From Lama glama (taxonomy: Eukaryota), in assembly GCA_028534125.1 (NCBI GenBank), contig CM052849.1, forward strand, positions 19,778,001 through 19,842,000: DNA of 64,000 nt. The letters are read 5' to 3'. Made by a program: the position numbers and the translations under genes. The notes below the pieces were generated by a model. That model was not told the origin of the DNA and ran no database searches. It saw nothing but the letters and a program-made list of their open reading frames with translations. Shown one piece after another: positions 24,160 through 35,270 of the stretch. Position 1 is the stretch's first letter. Every line of letters begins with the position of its first letter.

Positions 24160-25032
24160 CCAACTGTGCATCCACGGATGCGATCCACAGGCTGAAACGG
24201 AAACCTACACCAAGGGGGAAAGTGCAAGTCGCGTTCCTAGTAAGGGGGGATCGCGGGTGTACACCCTCTACAGCCTCACCCGAACAAGTCAACAGTGGAC
24301 AAAGGACTGAATAGTTATCCCCCCACCCCACCCCCAAAAAGGACAGACGGCCCAGGAGCACAGGGAAGCTGCTCCGCACACGACTCAGGGAGACGTAAAG
24401 ACGACGGCGGGAGAAGCACTCACGTTCACCGGAACGGCCGCTGTGAAATGCTTGGAAATACTGTTGGTGAGGACGTGGCGAAACTGGAACCTCTGTGCAC
24501 TGTTGGTGGGCGTGTGAAATGGTGTGGCCACTGCGGGAGAAACTACGGCGGTTCCCCGAAAAGTCAAAAACAGCACGAGCCAGCAACTCCATGGCTGGAC
24601 GTACACCCCAAAGCCGTGAAGGCCGAGTCTTGAACAGGTGCTTGCACACCTGTGTTCACAGCAGCGTCACTCACGGCAGCCAAGAGACGGAGGCAGGCTA
24701 ACTTCATCAATGGATGAAATGCATGAACAGTGGAGGAGTATTCAGCCTTAAAAAGGAAGGTGATTCTGGCCCGGGGACAGTGTGTTAAGGGAGCTAAACC
24801 AGTCAGAAGGCCGCAGTGAGGCTCCTGGCGCGGTCAGAGTCAGAGTCGTGAGGAGGTGTCGGGCCCGGGGCAGGGGGGACGTGGGTTCGCGTTTCAAGGA
24901 GACACAGCCGGCCGCTGCAGGACGGCAAGAGTTTGCGAGCGGGACACGGCGACGGTTCTACAGTCCGAGCATACTTAGCTCGTAAGTGACTCAGATGGTC
25001 GTTTTATGTGTATTTCATCACAAATAAAAATT
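24160..25032 (+). mobile_element. L1M ORF2 3' end plus 3' UTR, strongly GC-shifted
   Basis: tgttggtgaggacgtggcgaaactggaacctctgtgcactgttggtggg motif; ends ttttatgtgtatttcatcacaaataaaaa. Confidence 0.8.
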
Positions 25033-25139
25033 CAGGTTGACTTTTTAAAAACGGGCAGCCCCAGGCACGTCCCGTCTTCCTGCGCAGTAACCCCCCGGGC
25101 CCTGCGCACACCTGCGCGGCCCGCCCCGCCCCGCCCCGC

Positions 25140-26065
25140 CGCCCTTTCTCCGTGGCTGCTCCTTCCAGGCTTCACACCCCTTCGCTGCTTACTGCGCACG
25201 TGCCCGCCCGGTGACTTCCTTCTCACCAAGGGCTGCAGACAACACCTGTACGTAAGACGCTCAAAACCCTGTCCCGTCCGGCCCCTCAGTGAGGCCAGCG
25301 CGGCCAGATCGCCCTCCAGCAGCTGGAGACCACGTTCCTTGCTCCTGGGTGAGCACCGGCGGGGCGGCGGGCTTGCGTCTGGGGACCGCGCTCCGCGCTG
25401 CACGAGACACAGCCCCGCAAGCAGGCCCCGGGGCTGCGTTCCCGCCCGGAGCTCCAGGCCTCCAGGTGACGCCAGAGCAGTGGCCGTGACCGCGTCGCGG
25501 CTCCTCGCGCGCTCTCCTGAGCCTCCCACCCTCGATGCCATTAAATCACGTCGCACGTGCCTGCGACGCCACGCGGCCGCGCCCACGCCGTGTGCCCGGC
25601 GCAGGCTGGGGGCCCTGCAGCCTTCTGGGGGCGCGCGCCCCCACCTTGGAGGTACTCGGCGTCCTGTTCGCGCCCTCGGGTTCCGCGTCTTCCTTCCTCC
25701 GTGTGCTCACCCGCCTCCCCAGGGGCACCTCAGTGCAGGCTCCGGGGCCGCACCAGGCCGGCTCACAGCACGCCTCCTGGACGCCAGCGACGGGCCGCCT
25801 GGCGGCCCGGGGCTCCCACTCCCTTCAGCAGCCCACCGGCAAGCCCGACAAGCCCCTGTCTCTGAGAGAAGACCTGACCTGGACGTTTGCCCGCTCGCAC
25901 GCCCCTCCCTGCCCGACCCCTGCCCTTGCAGCCCCCGTCCCACTGCTGATGTGCTGGAGGCCAGACGCGAGCTGTGGGAAGGCCTCACGTCCGAGCAAAC
26001 GGTGCCGCTGGTCCCCGCCGGTCCCCGCGCCCAGTCAGCTCACGCAGGGCACGCGTTTGGCTGAC
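25140..26065 (+). mobile_element. L2 LINE remnant, now CpG-rich
   Basis: Order of blocks resembles the L2 3' consensus with many A/T to G/C differences. Confidence 0.5.
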
Positions 26066-26539
26066 ACAGCACAAGGGTTAAGGATCACAGGTACCAGAAG
26101 CCTCAAGTGCCTGGCGACAACGCGGCGACTTAACTGGGGATGTCACGCGTCATGGAGGGAGAGGCCCAGAGACAAGAGGGGTCCTTCTGGCTACGCCCAC
26201 GCTGTCGTCGCGGGAACAGCAGTCGAGCCCATGAAAGAGCCGCCAGCTCTCTTGAGAGTGGTTACGATTGCGCGTGATGTCAAAGAACGCGGGTTTGGGG
26301 AAATTTAACATGTTTGGTGTCAAGTTAGGTGTTCTTGTTTATGAAATAAAAAGTAACGGTAAGTGGACTGGGTGGTCAACTCAGTAAATTCGACCAACAA
26401 AGTAACAGTAAAGCCATTTGGTGGTGAGAGAACTAAAAAATGAACATTTCATATCAATTTACATCTGATTCTCATGATCATATAAAATTTAAGCAAGGTC
26501 ATTCGAGAAAAAACAAAACATAATGTAGGAATGGGCATG

Positions 26540-26990
26540 TGCAGATAATATTAGAAAAACATTTTTAAATTACCAGAAAATACTATGTCCAGTTTTGTCT
26601 GAACACTTGAAAAATCTAAATGAAAGGCATGGTTTTCCAAATATATACACATTTTTAAAAACTGACTCCATAAGAAGATAGTTATTTAAACAAATGAAAA
26701 CTTCTGTACAACTGCATTCTGAAAAGGCACTGAACCTGGACGACGTTTAGGCTGACTGCAGGCACATTCACGTGGTGACGAGACCTACCTGTGTCACTGA
26801 TCTGCTCCGAGGACAGAAACATACTGGAACCTCTCCAATTCACTCAGTATCTCTAGAGTAATCCTGATACCAAAAGCCATAAAAAAAGGTGCTCCAAAAA
26901 ATACAGATAGATAGAATTTCTAGAATATAAGTGTAACTTCTGAATAAAATGTTAGCACGTCAAACCCAGTGCTTTCAAAATAATTATGAA
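26540..26990 (+). mobile_element. Old L1 ORF2 fragment
   Basis: A-rich; ttgaaaaatctaaatgaa...ctctccaattcactc...taatcctgataccaaaa motifs. Confidence 0.65.
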
Positions 26991-27161
26991 AAATAGTTGT
27001 ATACAAGTCAAAATTTACTGATAAAAAGTAAGCTTAGCAACGAAAACAGGACACTTAGCATCACAAAGACTGACTGTACTGATAATCTAGCCTGACACAC
27101 AGCAGTACAAAGACGAGTGACACAAGTGCTGAGAGGACAGACAGAGGTTTCAAACACTTAC

Positions 27162-27233
27162 GTAGTAGAAACCATCTTCATCAATTTCACCAAAAACAGT
27201 GATGATGTCTCCCGTGCAGAACGTCAGCTCGGC
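27162..27233 (-). CDS. RIMBP2: RIMBP2 exon AELTFCTGDIITVFGEIDEDGFYY (SH3-3)
   Basis: ctgcag| acceptor, TAC|gtaagt donor, 72 nt. Confidence 0.96.
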
Positions 27234-27859
27234 CTGCAGACAGAGCACAAGGTCAGCGCTCTTCCTGTGCACAGAAGTTGCTTTAAAAACAACCCATGAT
27301 TTCTGGTATTCTTTCTTTTTTTTCCTTATTATTTTGGTATTAAATGTATTCGTATTTAAGTGTAAGAATGTAAATACACTTACTCTGTTTCCAGCATATT
27401 ACATACACTGAACATACCCGTATTAGAAAAGAAGGAACTTTTTCCAGTCAGATTTCGTCCAGGCAGATAAGGAAGAAGGGCACGAATCTAATGAACACCT
27501 CTGTTCAAGCTTCGTAGAAAAGTAAGGACAACTCAAAATGCGGCCAGCGCGCAGGAGAAAGGCTGCTGCGCTGGCTCGCGGCCAGCTCTCTAGGCCATCA
27601 GCAGGTTCTGCTGGCGGCCCCGCCATTGGAAGTAGCCAAAGAGGTCACTTAGAGCCTGGAGCTCTGGGATGTTCTCTGCAGTGTGGCGACCACTGCACAC
27701 ACAGCCTTTCTCTGACTGTAAAAACATCTGTAGGTAAATGTCAAGTGTGCGCGACATGCCAGGCTCCTGGCTGGAGGTGGGCACACACAACCCAGCAGAT
27801 ACCAGAGAAATGGCACTTATCTCCCTAGACATGAAAGTGAAGGGACAAAGCTCGTATCT

Positions 27860-28600
27860 AAGAGTCGCCAGGCGTCATACGCGCACGAGCCCGGACAGCA
27901 CAGACCCCGAAGCTCTGAGCCGGAACCCCGAGCCGGGGCCGCGGGAGCGCCGAGGAGCGCGGCTGGTGCGGAGTGGAGCCCCGGGAACACCCGCCCCGCC
28001 CTGCCCCTTGACCGCGTGCGGGGGGGGGGGTCACCTCCACGTCGATGTTGGGCGAGCTCTCCCTCGGGTCGTAGTCGTACAGCGCCACCATCCGCCGCGT
28101 GGGCGCCGCGCGCGGCCTGCCGCCCCTGCCGCTCCTCTCTGTCCGCGTCACGGGGTGGGGAGGAGAGTCGCCATGAAGCGTTTCGGCGTCCCGGGGCCCT
28201 GTCTCCAGGGCGGCTCGGGCGCGGCCCCCGCGGCGGGAAGGCCCGCCGACTCCGGGCCAGCAGCGCTGCCCACCCCCCCTTCCCCCCGGGCTGCTGGGCC
28301 ACCAAACCGGGCGACTCTCCCCGGGACCCGAGGCGCAGCCTGGCTCCGCCCCCGGAGAAGCGTGGCTCCGCCCCGGGGGAAAGGGGCCCCTTCTCCTCCC
28401 ACCCCGGGCCCCTTCCCGCCGCCTCCCCTGCGCCCTGTGGCTGTGCTGTCAACAGCGCCCCTTCCAGAGGACGATGGCGCAGGGGCTCCAGCCGCCCCGC
28501 TGTGTGGCCGCAGGCGGGCGGCCCGCGGGGAGGGCAGAGGGGCCCCTCCAGGCGACGCAGGCTGCCTGGCCAACCCCGGTGTCAGGCATCTGGTAACTGT
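27860..28600. promoter_or_regulatory. Intragenic CpG-island-like segment around the SH3-3 start exon
   Basis: Very high GC, dense CpG, GC boxes and G-runs. Confidence 0.6.
28035..28138 (-). CDS. RIMBP2: RIMBP2 exon (E)RSGRGGRPRAAPTRRMVALYDYDPRESSPNIDVE (start of SH3-3)
   Basis: ggacag| acceptor, GAG|gtgacc donor, 104 nt; ALYDY SH3 motif. Confidence 0.95.
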
Positions 28601-28828
28601 TCCGGGGAAACTGGGATCGAAGCATTGCTTCTGAGCCCAGGCCCTTTTTGCCCACAATCAATTTTTGGAATTTAAAACAATTTTTAAAAAGCATATAAAT
28701 GAGAACAATATATTAAAGGCCAGTGTTTTGAAAGCAACACGTTAGTTATGCGGCTTCTCAGCGGTTGCAGCAGGCGTCGTGTCTGCGCATGAGCCAGCCC
28801 TCGGCCACTGGGTAAGAATCTCTGCTTT

Positions 28829-29660
28829 CATCTCGCTAATTATCAGAGACATGCAAATCCAAACCACACTGAGGTGGCACCTCACACCAGTCAGAATGGC
28901 CATCATTCAAAAGTCCACAAACGATAAATGCTGGAGAGGGTGTGGAGAAAAGGGAGACCTCCTACACTGCTGGTGGGAATGCAGTTTGGTGCAGCCACTG
29001 TGGAAAACAGCAGCAGGTGCCTTAAAAGACTAAACTAGACTTAACATGTGACCCAGCCATCCCACTCCTGGGCACATATCCAGAGGGAACTTTAATTCAA
29101 AAAGATACATGCACCTCAGTGTTCACAGCAGCACTATNNNNNNNNNNNNNNNNNNNNNNNNNNNNNNNNNNNNNNNNNNNNNNNNNNNNNNNNNNNNNNN
29201 NNNNNNNNNNNNNNNNNNNNNNNNNNNNNNNNNNNNNNNNNNNNNNNNNNNNNNNNNNNNNNNNNNNNNNNNNNNNNNNNNNNNNNNNNNNNNNNNNNNN
29301 NNNNNNNNNNNNNNNNNNNNNNNNNNNNNNTGATATCACTTATATGTGGATTCTAAAAAAAGACAAATGCACTTACTTACAAAACAGTAACAGACTCAGA
29401 CATAGAAAACAAACTTAGGAGGGAAGGGGGTGAGAAGGGATAAATTGAGAGGCTGGGATGTGCAGATACACGCTACTGTATGTACAAAAGATAAGTAACA
29501 ATTTCATAGTGTACAGCACAGGGAACTATAGTCAATATCTTGTAGTAACTTATACTGAACAAGAATATGGAAATAAATCTGTATGTGTATGTATGACTGA
29601 ACTATTATGCTGAGAAACTGACACAACACTGTAAACTGACCATAGTTCAAAAAAAATAAT
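28829..29660 (+). mobile_element. Relatively young 5'-truncated L1 (ORF2 end, 3' UTR, A-tail), antisense to RIMBP2; spans the 193-N gap at 29138-29330
   Basis: ctaattatcagagacatgcaaatc...ctcacaccagtcagaatggccatcatt...tgtggagaaaaggga; ends acacaacactgtaaactgaccatagttcaaaaaaa. Confidence 0.9.
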
Positions 29661-29882
29661 CCATACCCAACCTTCTTGGAAAAAAAGAGATATGAATAGA
29701 AAAAGAAAAGAAACACTACTTTCACTTCAGATAAGCAGCGCACCTCTGCAGGGCCTGCAGGGACGTTTCCTTGAACAAGGCACAGCAGTGACCAGTCAGT
29801 GACGGCGCCTGCACGCGCTGCCAGCACTGCAGGGACGGTGCAGTACGCGTCTCTGAAGGTGGCGGGAGCAGCACACCTACTC

Positions 29883-30443
29883 TGTCGAGGTATAATTTAC
29901 ATCCAGGAGGACTCGCTCTTCAGTGAGTTCTGATAAACTTGGTTGCCCATCTCACCACAGCAACCCAGGCACAGAACAGTGCCACCACCCCACCACTCCT
30001 TCACGCTCCCCTGCTGTCTGCGCCAGCCCGGGTAGCCACCGATCGGCTTCCTGTCCCAGTGTGCCTGCCTCTTCCAGAACACCCTTTAAGTGGCATCACA
30101 CAGATACAGCTTTTGGGGCCTGGCTTCTTTCATTCGGACAGTGGTTCTGAGGCCCGTTCACACCACTGAACGGATCGACAGTCTGTTCTGCTTTTACTGG
30201 CGGGTGGTACCCCCTCACATGGGTGCACCACAGCTATTTATCCACCTGGAAGGCGTCTGAGTGGTTCCCAGTCATCAGTGACTGTGAGTTAAACCACCAT
30301 AAACATTCATGGACAGCTTTTTTGTGTGCAGAGAGCACTAGTACGTATATACGAGTGGAGCTGGACTGGACTAAGTGTAGGTTTAACTCTACAAGAACCC
30401 ACCCAACTGTTCTGGGAAGGGATTGCACCATTTGACACTCCAC
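29883..30443 (-). mobile_element. Old L1M 3' UTR fragment, antisense
   Basis: gaggtataatttacat...ggcttctttcattc...tatttatccacct motifs. Confidence 0.7.
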
Positions 30444-31020
30444 TGAAACCGAGCAGGACCCTACAGGGCCTTCCTGGGGACAGGACCCCCTCCCCACCAT
30501 CCCCTGCCTCTTATTTGTAGAAAAAGTTCAGCCTTTTAGGCCTTTCCTGAGTTCTAAAGAGCAAATTTAATCAGAGAAGTGAGAAAAATACAGAAACAAA
30601 GGCAAATAGTCAAGCAAGATGAAATAATAGTTTAGCTGTAAAGCAATGCCAAGGACCCTTCACTCCTCCTCAAGGGCTGAGGACGATATCCTGAGAGTTG
30701 TTCTGCAGATGCTAAAACCCCCACCAGGTGGAGGAAGTTCACTGCTGACCACCAGCACACAGACCCCAGACCGGCTGGCGCCAGAAGGCCCACCCAGTTA
30801 CCTCACCACCAGCCAATGAGAAGCACGCCCATGAGATGATCAGGCCCCCTGTGGCCCCTCCCTCACCTTGTTTTTAAAGGCCCCTTCCCTAAAAGCCATA
30901 GGGGAGCTCCGGTCTCCTGAACACAAGCCGCCGGTTCTCCTTGCTGGGCGCCTGCAATAAATGCTGTGCTTTCCTTCACCACGACCTGCTGCGCGCAGAC
31001 TGGCTTTGCTGCCAGGTTCA
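30444..31020 (+). mobile_element. Solo ERV1-type LTR
   Basis: Starts TGAAACCGAGCAGGACCC; CCAAT at 30813-30817, TATA-like TTTTTAAA near 30870, AATAAA at 30956-30961, in U3-R-U5 order. Confidence 0.75.
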
Positions 31021-31045
31021 CGGGGAGCAGGGGCTCGCTGCTCAC

Positions 31046-31214
31046 CTATTTTCTCCACAGGTGTGTTCAGAGGGAGGAAGCCTTGTCTGAGAAGCTGGTC
31101 CATCATCTCCTCGTCGTCTGCTTGGATTTCGGAGACCATGTTGCAAGGAATAAGGCCGAGCCGGGCACAGGTCTCCCCGCGGTAGAAGCCATCAGCATCC
31201 TTATCCCCGTAAAC
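31046..31214 (-). CDS. RIMBP2: RIMBP2 exon VYGDKDADGFYRGETCARLGLIPCNMVSEIQADDEEMMDQLLRQGFLPLNTPVEKI (SH3-2)
   Basis: ctgcag| acceptor, G|gtgagc donor, 169 nt. Confidence 0.97.
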
Positions 31215-31229
31215 CTGCAGTGTGAGAAG

Positions 31230-31780
31230 CGGGAGGAAGGCGCTGGGGGCTCGGGAGCACATCGGCTCTGCCGCGAGGCCAGCGGACGTGCGGAGCACCG
31301 GAAACACGTGTGCGTAGCCCTGCCGCAAACCTGCCTCCCCAGGAGCGCGTTTCGGCCCCGGGCCTCCCTCCCCGCCGGGGCTGCCGGCCCAGGCCGGGGC
31401 TCCGCGCAACGCGCGCGCGCCCGAGAGCCCACGCACGCTGAGGCCCGCCCCGCGCGCACGGGCCGCCGCGGCCGCACGTCCCGCCTCCGGCCGCAGCAAA
31501 CGGTTCCCCCGGAAGGAGGCGGTGCCACTGCCGGGCATTCTGAAGTGAGTCATCTCCACGGGCAGACTGCGCGTGGCACTCCGCGGGGTGAGCGCCGCTG
31601 TCCTTCAAAGGCCGTTTCACTGACCAGCATCAGGACCACTACGAACGGCGAGTCACCAGCGCCCCGTCGCCCCTCCGTCCCCCGGGAGCACCGCTCTGCG
31701 CCGGCTGCGGCGCGCCGCCCCTCCCCTCCCCCGCAGGTTAAGGCGCCGGCTGCGGCGCGCCCCCCGCCCGCCCGGCCGTG
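31230..31780. promoter_or_regulatory. CpG-rich intron between the two SH3-2 exons, with a 19-bp direct repeat GCGCCGGCTGCGGCGCGCC
   Basis: Dense CpG; repeat copies at 31698 and 31743. Confidence 0.55.
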
Positions 31781-31787
31781 CCCCCAC

Positions 31788-31972
31788 CTTGATGATCTGC
31801 CCTTCCTTGAAGGGCAGCTCCTCCTCTGCGGCATCTGGGTTCGGGGACATGGTGAGGGGGTCGTAGTCGAAAAGAGCCACAAAGATGCGCGCCTGCAGCT
31901 CCTCCGCACCGGGGTCCGTCTCTGACTCCTCGTAGAAGTCCGGGGAGAGCCGGCCGCGACCTCTGTATTCAT
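31788..31972 (-). CDS. RIMBP2: RIMBP2 exon (D)EYRGRGRLSPDFYEESETDPGAEELQARIFVALFDYDPLTMSPNPDAAEEELPFKEGQIIK (SH3-2)
   Basis: ccgcag| acceptor, AAG|gtgggg donor, 185 nt. Confidence 0.97.
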
Positions 31973-34900
31973 CTGCGGGCGGGTGGGGTGAAGGACAGGT
32001 GCTGGTGATGCCTGCCGGCCACCCCGCACCACGACCCAGCCATCCCCCACCCGCGACCGGGGACGTCCGCTGGCACATGAAATGCGTTTTGGAAAGTGAG
32101 GGGAATGGATTTGGCACTTTAACTTTTGTCTTGAAAAGACAAAAACATTCCTTACTGTGCAAGCGGGAATGATCACCTCGACAGATAGCTCAGAAAAGCA
32201 AGTAACATATAAAACCCAGGCAGCAGGGTGACTCCAGCCACGAGGCAGGTGAAGGCAGCAGGAGACAAGGACACTGTGCCAGTGACCCCTGCAAAGCAGG
32301 CATGAGGGACGGGAGGGCGGCCACCGGGTCAGGCCCAGAGACCCAGGATGTGCTTGTAACAGGCGGGCACTCGGGAGGTCTGCAGTGCACGCGCTCACTG
32401 GCCGCAGCCTGAGACCGGGGCCCACGCTGCCCCCTCAGCTCTGAATACTAAGTGGCCGTAAGTGCACCCGTCACTGCAGTGAGCCAACGGCCTCCTGGCA
32501 GAGTCGAGTTTCAAGTCCACCCACCACCCAGCTTTTTGAAACCCTAGTAATACCCATGCATGGTATCATCATAGACATGTGCACATCTCACCATCCACGG
32601 GTCTGTACTAGGAAACGAGGGTCGGCCAGCAGAGAATACCATTCCGACCTCACGAGAGGGCTCAGAACATCAGTGGGAAGTAAATGAGAACCACTCCAGC
32701 CCTCGGAACAAGCCAGCCTGCCCGGGAAAACTCGTCACCAGCTCACAAGCACAGGAGGAGGGAAGAGGCCAAGGGGTGGGAAGACAGGAGAGGCGCTGGG
32801 GAAAAAGCCAGGAAACCCACTTCTTTCACCGGCAGACACGTTGAGGTGAAAAAGAGCCTATTTTTTTTCACGCAGGAAAGACTGACTTTTTTAAATGCAG
32901 TGAACTAGGGGGCGGGGAGAGCTGGGAGGTAAAGCACGCGGCCCGGCGCGCGAGGTCCTGCGCTCGCTCCCCACCTCACGCCGATGTCATGGTTTTGAGT
33001 CTGGTACGTGTGGAGCTACATAATCTTTGTCTTTTTGATTCAAGAGGGGCTTTTATTTTTAATTGAGGAAACCTAGAGCATATTAAAAGGTACAGCATTT
33101 TTTGTGAATGCATTGCTTATTAAAAATACATTTAGAAAGGATACAGTCTGCAGATTTAAGTTCCTCTGGAAAAAAAAATGGGTGCTTTTCGAGTCCAGCC
33201 GAGTTCTGGGCTGTTCATTACTGCCCCCGCACAAGGAAGCATAACCACCCGGGGCTGGCCGAGACCGGCCTGCTGGCGCGTCGCTGACCGTGCTGTCCCC
33301 CCCCACCCCCCGGGTCTGGGGCAGGGCTCTCCTCTTTTTTGGTGGCTGCTGGACACACTTCACTCTCGTCCTTCGAAAATACAGCAGGCCGTCCGGTCCG
33401 TGCGCGAGCCGTGCATGCGCGTTTAGAGCCGACACTGACTGTGCCTGCGGTGTGCTTTCTGGCCCTGCTGCCCGGTAAGGGGTCGGGCGCAGTCGCGGCA
33501 GCCCTGTCGTGGGCTTATGGAGTGCTTTTTTGAGTTATAAAGAGGCCTTTTGTTAAGGTGTTAGCAGAGCATCACTCCTCCTGCGAACCTGGCTGGCGTC
33601 TCACTAGGAGGAAGACAACCCTGACCCAAGGGCACTCAGAGACACTGATTCCGCCTTTACTCCCTCGTCCAGGTGCCGGCGGGAAGCACCGTCATTTTCT
33701 ATTCTTGGACTTTCCTTCTCTGTCCCAGGAGCCTGGAGGAGGCGGCCACCAGACCTCCCCCAGAGGACACCCCTTCCAGGGCCACGACGTGCACTGCCCA
33801 CCGGGGAACAGGGGCCGTTCGTGCAGAGGGCAGTGCCTGTGGTCGTCACTCGTCAAAGTCATAACCAAGTGAGGGCTTGGAGACCACGTTCCACAGGAGG
33901 AACAGCCTCGGACCGGCCCCACCTGGTTCCTAAAGACGGTCGGTCCTGGCACGTCATTTCCGTTTTAAGCCAGGGGACCAGCCCCGACCTGTGCAGCTGT
34001 CCCCGAGGGAACCACACAGGGGAACTGAGGCCTGAGGGGGCGGTGCGAGCTCACAGCCGTCAGGAGCCACGAAGGCTCGGGACGCCCCCGCTCTGAGGGC
34101 GCCCAGCGTCCTCCCTGCCTGTGCAGGTTTTGTTATTTTTCAGCTAACTGAAAATACTGTTTTTAAGACTCTTTAACGGTCTATGAAATTTTTACTGATA
34201 AAAATAAACACATCCTAAAAACTATAAAGATGGAAAAGCAAACTTTCCCCGTTGTTTGGAGCCTCGGGGGACCTGCACTGCCTTTAAAAGGCCTTCATCA
34301 TTTTGGCTGACGTGAGCGGAGACCGGTTGAGCCGGAGCCGCTCCCGCATGGCCGGGACTGTGTTCCGGGTCTCCCCGGGCTTTGCGGTTCCCTGCTTTGT
34401 CTCACATGTGTGAGCGTGCTGACTGCCAGGCTCTGTGGTCCCGCCTGTGATACTGTCTGGGACTGTTTGGGCCGCAGTTGGTCCCAGTGCTGGCCAGGGG
34501 GATTCCCATCCGACCTTCAGCCACGCTTCCCCTCGGGCAGATTGGTTAGAATGAGCAGAATGACAGCTTTCAGCACTGCTGGCTGAATTCCAAAAAGTGA
34601 TTAAGGGAATGGAAACAGCCGCCAGAGGGTGACTTGGGAACAGCGGGTGACCAGATGGACGGGGGCAGCACACCCTTCCCGAGACACATCTGGGCCTCCT
34701 GGTGCTTTTCACAGCTTCAGTTCCAGGTGCCGAAGCGCTGCACGCATTCGGATAGCTCTGCGTCTGCACGGGGCCTGTGCAGACACCGGGAGCCCGGCCA
34801 CCACCCCTGCCTCCGCTGCCCTCACCATGGGCATCTCAGCAGTGCGTGAACGGGACCCCGCGGGACGGCCCTTTACCATCTCTTCAATGCTCCCACCGGC

Positions 34901-35152
34901 AGCCTCTCCAGGAAAACAAAGTTAAGGAGAAGCTGACGGAAAAGGTCAATATATTCGGAGAATACTTACAAATAGGTTTTCTTTCTGCTGTCTCTGCCCT
35001 CTTTTGCCATAAATAACCAAGAACTTTTTGTACTTAGTTGAAAATACAGAATATGATCCCTAATCTTTTTTTCAAACGTTCAGACTGACGACCAAACAGC
35101 CATCTGCTCTGGGGGTAAAAGAAAGAGGGAGGCCTCGATCGGGCCCACTGAC

Positions 35153-35270
35153 CGGTAGCGAGGCCCATCACTGGCCGGGACCTGTGGGGGCCAGCGCTGC
35201 CGCGGGACAGCCTCCGGGCCACACGATCCGCCCTCCCAGCCCGTCCTGCAGACGCCGGGTTTCCTAAAAT
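35153..35270 (-). CDS. RIMBP2: RIMBP2 exon ILGNPASAGRAGRADRVARRLSRGSAGPHRSRPVMGLAT
   Basis: tcttcag| acceptor, G|gtcagt donor, 118 nt, phase 0 to 1 matches the next exon. Confidence 0.92.

Noticed and set aside
25006-26308. Overlapping 250-350 aa ORFs
   Set aside because: Fall on a GC-shifted repeat remnant with several frames open at once
20871-29418. ORFs with poly-X stretches
   Set aside because: Artefacts of translating across N gaps
27738-31925. Long plus-strand ORFs (27738-28634, 30966-31925) opposite RIMBP2 exons
   Set aside because: Antisense shadows of high-GC exons and CpG-rich introns
34877-34935. Donor-like ATG|gtaaag at 34876 with upstream AG options as a microexon
   Set aside because: No acceptor gives a stop-free phase 1-1 exon
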